Source of the DNA: Neodothiora populina
Taxonomy: Eukaryota
DNA length: 64,000 nucleotides
Direction: 5' to 3'
Assembly: GCF_041146345.1 (NCBI RefSeq)
Contig: NW_027191406.1
Coordinates: 496,001-560,000 of the forward strand
Part shown: positions 48,417 through 58,689 of the stretch, piece after piece
Position numbering within the stretch: the first letter of the stretch is position 1
Layout of the letters: every line of letters begins with the position of its first letter
Made by a program: the position numbers and the translations under genes
The notes under the pieces: generated by a model
Told to the model about the DNA's origin: nothing
The model's database searches: none
Seen by the model: the letters and a program-made list of their open reading frames with translations, nothing else

Positions 48417-49473
48417 TCTGCTGAAGTTCAATTAATAAATCAATTTCCCTATCCCTGAAAGCAACTCAAATTGATTCGAATCAGAAAGCATTTTCCACGT
48501 CATATCTGAAGTCTTGCACTTGGACTTGTGTTTACGTGCTCTTGACAAGTAGTCACGCATCCACCAATGCCACATGTAGTCTTGGTGTGCCAAACTCACG
48601 CGAGGGACGAAAAAGTCCCATGACTGCAGAGAAATCGAGAGGGCAACCCTGTCCAGGATCCATCAATTCCGCCCCGTCACAGTTCGTCTCTGATTACTCC
48701 CTTTTCCTTGAACCTTTTGTTCTTTCAATGGATCGGATGAATACTTACGATGCTATGTATGGGTTATGTGCATATGAGCGAATGAGCGAACGAGGGAAAA
48801 GGAGTAAGAAACATTATCCTAGCACAAAGGATATGGATAACACTCACCGGTCACAACCATACATACAAGCCGCGAGTAATTACGGTGTTTCTCTACCTCG
48901 ACTCAAGAACAGATGATGCAGACAAGACGCATATCACAACCTGCTAGAGCAGGCCACCGACGAGAAAGACGGATTTACCCAATTCCAGAAGGAAACAGGA
49001 CAATGTGGTGGGCAAGAGAGGCGCCGGCTTGGACGGGGTTGGTAGGTTGTGATTACTTTCCACCGATTCGTCATGGTTGAAGATGATTTATCTGGATCGG
49101 GAGGGGAGGCAGGAGCGGGAGTTTCGGATTATTGATGCCGAGGGATATATAGAACAAGACGAGATGAGAGAGACGATAAGGGTCGGATGTTGGAAGACAT
49201 GGACGCATGGAGTTGAGATGGGGAAAATACCGAGCGGGAAGGAAAAGGAGTGTAGCATTGAGGGAAGGTGGTTGGTTGGTTAACCGTTCAATGGTTGAGT
49301 TGAATATAAATATATATAGTTGGCGCTGACGCTGACGCATGCAATGGTATGGTTTTCGCTCCTTCGCTCCTTCTTCATCTCATCTTATGTTACAACAAAT
49401 ACTTTCGTTCTAATCTCTTTCTTTCGCATCGCGCTGCCACCACACCCTATGTACAAGCGCAACGCAAAGAGAT

Positions 49474-50094
49474 TTAGTACTGGCTAGCAGCAGCCTGGCA
49501 AGCCTTGAGCTGATCGAGGTACCAGCCGCAAATGGTCAGCGAGCCGGAGTTCTCGTCCATGCATCTGCGGAAGTTGGTGACGTCCGTCTCGCAGAGCTTG
49601 GGGGCCTGGTACGAGGAAGAGTTGTACGTGTCTGGGTTGGCGACTGCGGCGGGCGAGGCCTCGGCCGGGGCGGCGGCGCTGGAGCCGCCGCCGAAGAAAC
49701 CTCCGATGGCGTGGCCGATGGAGGAGCCGACTGCTACACCACTGTTTGTTTGTCAGTTTCTCTTTTCCGTTGGGTTCTTATTGAAGGGAAAAAAGGGAAC
49801 ACGACGTACGCGGCAGTCGAGGCCATCTGACCGAAGAGACCGGGACCCTGGCTCTGCTGAGGAGCGGCGACTGGGGGAGCGGCATGGGGCTGCTGGGTCT
49901 GGGGAGGGTGGGCGACGGTGGAAGCCTGTCTGGTCTGTTGAGGAGCAGGAGCTGTTTGTCCAAACAAGTCAGCTTCCTGATGGTCTCGTAGTGATGATGT
50001 GAGGCGCATTCCGGCAGGGCTGTTGCTTACCAGTACGAGCAGGGGCGGCGGCAGGGCGTCTAGGCGCGGCGGAAGGGCGGTTCTGGCGAGGCAT
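49474..50094 (-). CDS. MIX17: Mitochondrial intermembrane-space CHCH-domain protein (Mix17/CHCHD2 family)
   Basis: Exons joined through introns 50030-49952 and 49809-49742. GPGLFGQMASTAAGVAVGSSIGHAIGGFF and twin CX9C (CETDVTNFRRC...CGWYLDQLKAC). Not visible as a single ORF in the track. Confidence 0.93.
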
Positions 50095-50448
50095 TCTGGA
50101 GGGGCTGGAGTGTGATGATAGAAGGCTTGCTTGGTGATTGTTTCTCTTCGATGTAGATGGTACAAAGCGGCGGCGCAAGTGAATAGAACTGGGGCAATGT
50201 TATACAACCACGAGTACAACCTTCCAGTCATTACGGCGGACTCTTCCAGAACTAAAGAGAAGCCCGTGATTGGCTGCAGAAGTGATGACTGAATCGCGCA
50301 GATGCGGAGTTTGACTCATGCACCTCCGCCCTTACCGCCTCCAGCTTTGGTCAATCTGAACTTTTTGTGTAACATTTAATTGATCCATCTATCACTCCAT
50401 CATCTAATCATCAAAACATCCCAGAAATAGAGACCCCCGACCGAAACC

Positions 50449-51276
50449 ATGGACGTGACAGACCTCGCCCCGCAGCTCTCGTCCCTAAGCAGCACAATCG
50501 ACAGCCTGCAAGAAACCCTCTCGCCGCTCCTAACCAGCGCATTGAGCGCCAGCACCTCGAAACTGCCCCTGCTCGACAAAGCCAAACTCTACGTCTGGAC
50601 GACCTACGCCATCGAGTCCCTGCTCTTCTCCTACCTGCGCCTCAACGGCGTCGACGCAAAGACGCACCCTGTCTTTCAGGAGCTCGTGCGCACGAAACAC
50701 TATTTCGAGAAAATCACTGCGGCCGAAGATGCGTCGTCTTCGAAGGCTGCGGGTAAGCCGAGACTCGACACTGGCGCTGCGGGGAGGTTCATCAAGGCTG
50801 GACTGGCGGGCAATGAGGAGCATGATAGGCAGAGGAGGGACATGAAGGAGAGGGAACGTGGGGCTGCGAAGAGGAAGTTTGAGGATATGGGTGAGAGGGT
50901 CGGGAGTCATATTCGCTTCGAGGATACGGCGGAGAAGATAAGGGCCGAGGATGACAATGCGAATGCGGACGACGAGAATGCAAATGATGATGATGATGAT
51001 GATGATGGAGCCAAAGGGGATGGCGCAGATGAGGGAACTCAGTCAACACTAGTCGCCGATGCCTCGTCTGAGATGACGCCGAAGAAAACAAAAGCCAAGG
51101 GCAAGAAGAGACATACAGCCGACGACGGCGAGGCTACCATAGCCCACAAGAAGAAAAAGTCGAATAAGGCTCCCAGAGGCGCAAAGGAGGCCTTTCTCGC
51201 TCTGTCCCAGGGAGCTTCTTCCTCCAACACCCTCGACGGAACCAAGTCCAAGACCAAGAACAAGAGCCGTGCATGA
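50449..51276 (+). CDS. LRP1: Exosome-associated C1D/Sas10/Utp3-family protein (Rrp47/Lrp1)
   Basis: LPLLDKAKLYVWTTYAIESLLFSYLRLNGVDAKTHPVFQELVRTKHYFEKI and LDTGAAGRFIKAGL. Acidic stretch followed by a Lys-rich tail. Confidence 0.85.
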   Translation: MDVTDLAPQLSSLSSTIDSLQETLSPLLTSALSASTSKLPLLDKAKLYVWTTYAIESLLFSYLRLNGVDAKTHPVFQELVRTKHYFEKITAAEDASSSKAAGKPRLDTGAAGRFIKAGLAGNEEHDRQRRDMKERERGAAKRKFEDMGERVGSHIRFEDTAEKIRAEDDNANADDENANDDDDDDDGAKGDGADEGTQSTLVADASSEMTPKKTKAKGKKRHTADDGEATIAHKKKKSNKAPRGAKEAFLALSQGASSSNTLDGTKSKTKNKSRA

Positions 51277-51492
51277 TAGATAGATACCCAAGACCTGAAG
51301 CACACATCAAGTCATGAAGCATTTAATTTTTCTTTCTTTTTCCATGAGCCTATTCAAACTCGCTACGTAGTCCTGTCGTTCCCTTCATGCCTCTTTCAAC
51401 CATGCTCTGCCAACAACGACATCTCTTCCACATTAAAACACAACCCCTTCCTCACTTTCTTAACCTGCTATACAACGATACAATAATATCGT

Positions 51493-54400
51493 TCAACCAT
51501 CCCACTCCGCCACAATGCTGTTCGCTCTACTCAGCCCGTGAGGCCCCGTCGCCGCACCTTCTCTCGGTGCACACTTGAACAACGACACGTGCCCGTCCGT
51601 CAGTGTCGAGCACGCGAGCATCATGCGATGCGGATGGAACGCCGTCGCAGCGATCGGAGTCGGTCGATGCGACGAGAGAACGTTAGTGTGGAGGAAATTG
51701 CTGAAAGGCTCGATCGTGGACAACGGCTTGACGATGCCCGATGCCTCGCTGTCAGCACCCGCGCTGGCGAGGGCGTTGGTCGAGAAGAGGCGGACGGCAT
51801 TATGTGAGGAGCCCCTGCCTTGCGTGTCAGCCATACTACCATTCAGACAGCGGAACTGCATCCACCAGGACAAAAGGCACTTACGTTGCAAACACTGGCG
51901 CATGCTCGTGCACGCTCAGTGTTCTCGTCGTCCCCAATCCTCCATCACCCTTGCCCTTGACCACACCAACGCTCTTCTCGTTGCGGATATCCCATAGTCT
52001 CACGGTGCCGCTTCGCTCGGCTGACACCAGCTCTCGCATGCCGCCACGTTGCAGGTGACATCCCACAATCCAGCTCTTGTGCTCCTTCCACACCCGCACC
52101 ATGCTCTCCTGCGGCCGGTTTCGCTGATCATACACGCGCACCGCGCCATCCCCGAATCCGGCAATGAATATGTTGCCCTCGACTTGGTCCGACGTCAGGC
52201 TGGTCACGCAAGACCCCGACCGTGCGGGAATGTCTGCCACGCTCAGTTCACTGCCTGCTTGCCATACCCGGATCACTCGAAGATCTCCGGCGACAAGTAC
52301 CTTGCCTTGGCCCTGCTGCCATTCAAACACGAGACCCGCGTTGTGTGTGCTTGGCACTAGATCCGTCAGAGCCCTGTAGGCGGCCACCAGCTCGACATCC
52401 TTCTGACTCTCGTAGTTTCGGAAGATCTTGATCACGCCATCGGAGCTTCCAGTCATCAGCAGTGCTTGATCGTCCTCATTGATGAAGCGCATCTCGCTGA
52501 TTCGGCTGCTGGGTGGATTGCCGACGCTGAAGCGTGCCAGTTGTCGCTCGTGCTGCCAATCCCAAATGGTGACCGTGTCGCGGTCATCGCTAACCGCAAG
52601 GTGATCCTCGAATTGATGGAACATCATCTTCATCGGCGGCGCCGAGTTGGTAAGAATACCTGCCGGCACATCCCATCGCCCTGAGCCGGCCAAGTCTTTC
52701 AGTGGCTGTGTGGTTCCAATGATCTTGTCATTACGATTTCTTCGCCACAAACGCTCATTATAGTCCAGCGAACCCGGTTCGTCGGCTTCGGAGGGACGCA
52801 TCTGAGGTTCTCTAAAGTATGACGCCGACCATTGGAAAAACGTCGACTTTAGTGGGATTGTTGGTAGTTGCGACATATCACGAGGCTCGAAGAACCTTAC
52901 GGTAGGCACTTTTGCCGGCGGATTTCTCGACCGCGATGAATGAGGATCGTTCGAGTCAGGAGGCTTCGTCCAATCTAGTGGCACCTGTGATCGGGGTCGT
53001 GGCATCAGAGGACCACGCATCGACTGGCTTTGGTACGACGATTCCGGCTTGCCATCGGCAGGGGCCTTGCTTACGCCAAACGAAGCTAGGTTCTTGATAG
53101 AGGCTGCCATGCTGGCTGTTCGTCTGAGGCCTGCAGAAATGTATCCGCCGTCTCTCTTCGATTCCGTTGATGGTGTTGGAGATGGTGGAGCTCTAGGAAG
53201 CTCGTTGTATCTGTTTGACGCATCGATTGGAGTCTTGGGTTCCTGACTGGGTTTGCTGGTCCGTCCAGGCATGCCATCAAGTAATTGGTGTACGAATGAC
53301 CCCAATGGGGAATCGAAGAGCGCACTGAGGACGTTGTCGAGGATGATGGTGGCATTCCTTGCCACCTCTGGATGCGGATCTGCCGACATGATGAGTATTT
53401 GCTTCCACATCGCAGAATACACTGTGAGTCTCGAGGTGCTGGACTCGAGCTCCGGCTTGCCGCCCTGGTATACGATCGGCGATGATGGCTGCGCCTCCAT
53501 GGGAGGGAAATAGCCCGACATGCTCCTCTTATGCTCGGTAACGCCATTTGGTTCAGCCATGGCGATGACCGGGGGGGATGGAGGTCCGTGGTTACCCTGA
53601 GCAGAGTTCTCTTCCACGAACTGCTCGTATGCAGCAACCACAAACTTATTCTTGTATCTCGCTATGAATGTTGAGTGGAAAACGAGCAGCTCCTTGCGTA
53701 CCATGACGCTGCCATCGTTTGCCATGGCAAGTATTATAGAGGCGATAGTCTCTTCTTCTCGTGCGACCAGATCGGTCACGTCCGGGATGCCGAGGAAGCT
53801 CGTCAAGGCGTGCAGTATCGCCGTTCTTACCTCAGGAACCGGGTCCAATGCCAGATCGCACAACCTCATGTGGGCCTGTGATCGGATGCCTTGCCATTTG
53901 GCTTCTGGGAAATCGTACCAGAGCATACTGATGCACAGGCACGAGTGCTGCCGTAGGAGTGGATTTTCCATGTCTACTAGATGGCTGAGTAGGCTGTCGA
54001 TAAGCTCCGGATTAGTGTTGAGACACACGTTCTGTCCAGGTCGGAAGTCCTTGCAGAACATTGCTATTATGAATGCACACATGGCACGATGTTCAGCCAT
54101 GTTACCAACAGGTATGCCGGTTTGGGGACTGATGATATTGATAAAGTAAGCGTAGCCGTTATCCTTGAGAAGGTCGGCTTGACATGACTGGTCGATGGCC
54201 AGTATACGAGTCCAGATGAAGACCATGACAGGTTTCAACTCAATGGCCTGCGATTGCAACAGCTTGAGCACATAAGGAAAGATGCCGATACTAAGGGCAA
54301 GATTCACAGCCCAAGGTCCGAGATCCAAGAATTTGCCTAGGAGAATAAGGGCGCGTAGACGATGGACCTGACTGAGCAAGACCTGAAGAACGATAGGTAA

Positions 54401-56167
54401 TTGTTCAGGAATCTTCTTTTCCATAGCGCCTTGGCCAAGGTAGACCTCGAATGCACTCAACTGGTGGGCAAAAAATTCAGAGTGTTGGTACTCGAGTTCC
54501 TTGTTGTCCTTGCCCTGCTGTATTAAGTCTGGAAGCTGGGCGAGGATCATCTCGAGAGCATAATCCCAGCTCTGCCATAGCGGATGGTCATGGGTATCAG
54601 GAATACCAGGATAACATTGAGGGTGACAGTGATATTTGCGCATGATGCGTTGCGCCAGCAGAAAGTTACGAAATAGCGCGGCGACCATGAGATCTTGTCG
54701 GAAGAGTTTTTTAAACAAAGGCTTGGGTAGACAGTTCCATGCGATGGTATCGGTAATGGCAGTGAAAATCCAGTTCAGTTCGCCAAGAGGCGTTCTTCGT
54801 TCTGATATCTTACCTGGGATATTACGACCCTCTGCCAGAGATGGACCACCCGGCAATGGGTTCTGCAGAATGAAGAAGCGCACTGCCATCTCGATAGGAG
54901 TGGTAAGGCAAGAGGTAAAGATGTCGGCAGGTAAGTCGGGATTCGTGGGCAGTGTTTCGTCTTCTCGACAGGCGGCTAGATGTATGCAGTCACTCCAATT
55001 CATGATCGGAGCCTGTGGGTCTCTGCGACGGGCCTCGATCTGGTCGTTCTCGTGCTTCTTGATGCAAGGATGGAAGTTTTTGATGATCAGACCAGCCGCG
55101 GAGCAGTCCCACACGAAAAGTCCTGGAGCGCCGAGCCAGCTTTGCAGGTCGTACAATGAGATGGGGATGTATTGAGTGAAAGATCTGTTGAACACCCATA
55201 TTTCTCCGGCTCCCGTGGGCTTTGGAACGCCATGTCCGTTGTAGTGGAAGAGTACACGTTCGTCCTTGGCGGTTCTACGCATAGTCTGGCAATATTTCTT
55301 CATCTCGTCGATGCTGGGATCCATGACGAGCTTGTAGCGCGTTCTCATGCTCAAGCTCTCGTACTGGGTCTGGAGGTTCTTCCCAATCTGCGGATTCGCA
55401 CCACCAGAACCGGGTGGTCCATCGCTGCCCAGAGGATCGATCCAGCACTCCATCCGCGCACACGGATTGGTTTTGATGACATCGGGTGGGTCGACACCGA
55501 TGTTCAAGCAGACTGCAAGGAGAGCCGAAACGGTCTTCAATCGATCTTTCATGCGCCATTCCTGTACCTGGTAGTCGTCCTCTTTGGCATCTCTGGGGTT
55601 GCCTGCGGTCTCATGGCGCTTGTCGGTATAGTACATGTAGAAGGTCTGTGACGACAAGATCAGTATTTGGCAGCATCAGCTTAGAAGCTCTTCTCAGACC
55701 TGGGACAATAGATTCGCCTGCTCGTCAGACTGGAGTTGGGCCTCGAATCCGTGGCGCATTCTGAACTTTGCGCCCTCCTCGGCAAGGGGAGAGGAAGGGG
55801 TCTGATGACCGGAGTGGTCCTCGGACTCCCGTCGTTCATTTCGTGGACCAAAGTCACTCTTGGCCCGATATAGGCTGGGCTTCTCGGGGCTGACATTGCG
55901 GCCCTCACGAGCGCTTCGGTCTCGGACACGATTCGCGAAGGCGGGGCTCTGTGGGAGGTCGTCGACACCTTGACGGTTGGGGGCGGCGGCGAGAATGGGA
56001 ACAATGCGGTTGTCAGTGGCTGGGTACACAAGACCTTCGCTATTTCGTCGGCGGGAGTCCGCGATGCTACCCTCATACAGGTCATTAGGTAATGGATCAA
56101 GGACCGGCTGAGGATGCTTCGCTCGGTGACCGCCCGCGGCCTCTTCTCCAAGCATGCCCACCCTCAT
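51493..56167 (-). CDS. KOG1: TORC1 subunit Kog1/raptor
   Basis: RNC domain (WRMKDRLKT, CLNIGVDPPD, LFHYNGHGVP, FTSCLTTP), HEAT repeats and C-terminal WD40s. Introns 55699-55646 and 51884-51815. Start Met is 56167 or 56155. Confidence 0.95.
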
Positions 56168-56485
56168 AATGCGCGGTAGTGGTTATGAATGAGGGACGCC
56201 GAAGCCAGCATCAGCCTTAACGAATGTGTTGGATCTTTCTCAGCTTTCAAAGATCAGTATGCGCGCCAAGATGCATAATCCAGAGGCATGTTCTGCCTGG
56301 CGTAGACTGTGGGATAGGTAATTTGTGTGGTGGTGAAGAGCTGGAGAGGGGCAGCTGCAGCTGCAGGTGCGACGTTGTGCCGGTATAGAGAGCAAGTCGA
56401 GTGGTACGAGTGAGGTAGTGATCGATGGTGAGAGATAAGGCAGCTAGCTATAGGTCAGTCCAGATGAACGAGGTGGCTTGGATAT

Positions 56486-56509
56486 TATGTATGTATGTAT
56501 GTATGTATG
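56486..56509. repeat. (TATG)6 microsatellite upstream of KOG1
   Basis: Direct reading of the sequence. Confidence 0.9.
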
Positions 56510-58591
56510 CGCGCATGCGTTCTGCTGTGCGAGCAAAAAGACACGCTATTCTGACATGTATGGGAAGGGTACCTTGATATTACAACAACGATAGCTCTCT
56601 ATCTACCTACTCTTCTGTACAATTGCATGCATTTGACCGTATTGCACTTGCTCTCTGCACACCACTTACAGTAAAGTTGCGGAGCGGAATCTCCAACAGC
56701 GAATTGGCGGTAGGAGCCAGCACAGGCCTGATATTGTGTACTGGACTGTACCTTACTGCACCGGGACTCCGTACTGGCCCAAGGCCTGTTCTTCCTCCAT
56801 TGCGGCAGCTAGTCAGGATAGTCTTCTCTGGGACTAGTTCATGGCTACTAGAGTACCTACAGTAAGGTAGGTAAGGTACCCCGTACCTTGGGTGCTTGAC
56901 GCGTCGAGGGATTGAGGGTCCTCACTGCTGTCAGGTAATTCATGCCGTCTCATGATTAATGATGCTAAGCATGTTCAAATCTGCCCAAAACCAGAAAATT
57001 CACCATTGAGCACAATTTCCCCATTGCGATACTACAAGTCGTGACACTCGTATATATAGATGACATTCTGACGTCTGCTTGCATAGTGCCTCCTCGGTCA
57101 TGTCTCTGGCTGAAATATTCCACAAACTTGCTGTACTTGTACCTGCAGTCGCCAACGCGTCGGATCTTGGCTGGAATAGGGACAGCTTCCGATCGGTTCA
57201 ACTGGCCGTCCAATCTACAGCGATAATATCCGTGGCCACAGTCTCACCGAGATCCCTGCAATGTCTGGACGGTACAGTATGTTACCTACTGTATTTCGCA
57301 AGCATCACCATTCCGCCCTGCTCGTATTACTCCAGCAGACTCTGCTGCCAGTCGCGAACAGTCTTGCGCGAGATGACCAGACTTGTTTGGATTTCTAAGA
57401 CACCGTGCTTTGTACAACGAACGCCAAGCGACGAAAATATGGCTTTGTATAAGGTAATTGACTAAGGCAGCCATGACGGTGTCAATGTCCATTGACGAGA
57501 TGGCCAAAATCTAGTAGCTTCAGGTTCCGAGGTCATGGATGTTCCTTGCGAGGTCTAGCAACAAAAATATGAAGTTTTGGTGATGAAGTAAAGTAGACCA
57601 GAGCAAGAAACCTTACTCCGGAAACATTCAGTGATGCCATTGTCCCGAATGTGGGTGATCGATAAACAGATCTTCTATAAGCGGCTCCCAACAATACGAA
57701 AAGGTGCATTGCGATATGAAGGGAGATTTAACATTAGCATGCTATACATCATACCGATAAAGGGTTCACCGCACGCAGGGACACCCATAATCTAAATCGT
57801 GTCTCATGGCATCTGTGGGGAGGTCCGAAGCCGAAGGGTTGTCCATCACGGCGAAGACGGGTCACAGTGGGTGAACAATGCAAAGAGTGTGCCCTGTGTT
57901 TTTGATGTTTGTGCTGCGTGCTCGCATCGTGTCGTGTTCTGCTGTCGAGAGTGAATACCTCCGTAGACGGATGGCGGTGCCTGGCTCACTGGCGCTCTCG
58001 CTGGCCAATTACAGCACATGACACTTCCCAGCCTTCCCAAACATTATTTCCTTGAACGCGCAACGTTCGATCTACCAGTACCTGCCTGCCCCGTCTGCCT
58101 GCCTGCCTGCCTGCCTGCCGAAACGACTACGACAATAATTCATTCATTCAATTCATTCCTTCGTCCTATTCTCTCCAATCATCCTCTCCCTCTCCCTTTC
58201 TATTCTTCATCTCCCACTTGCCTCTCTTTCCCCGCCGTGTCCTTCGCTGCTCCCCCGTCGTCGTGCTGCCGTGCCCGTCGCTCTCCTATAGCCCTCCCCC
58301 GCTGGAACGGAAACGATTGACGACTAGAAACACATTACCCTTACTGTAACTGAAAACAGGGATTCGCTGCTGTCTGTCGCAGCTGACCGACACCGTCACC
58401 AATCGACGACGATCATCATCGCGAATTCGCCCGCCATTGCCTCCTGTTTCCATCTCTGCCATTGCTTCAGTAAATTGTCGCAACATTCTGCTACCTCCTT
58501 GTACAGAAACGAAGACCACCTGCTCCTGGATGTTCGCATAATCAATTTAATTTACACCCGCACTCGGCTTGGCCAAGGCCTATAAGCCACA

Positions 58592-58618
58592 ATGTCATTC
58601 CTGTTTAAGTCCAAAAAA

Positions 58619-58689
<71 letters not shown>

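Noticed and set aside
48873..48894. Minus-strand AGAGAAACAC-C-GTAATTAC resembling hairpin-ribozyme loop B
   Set aside because: Helix 4 is absent, helix 3 does not pair, and no loop A partner was found.
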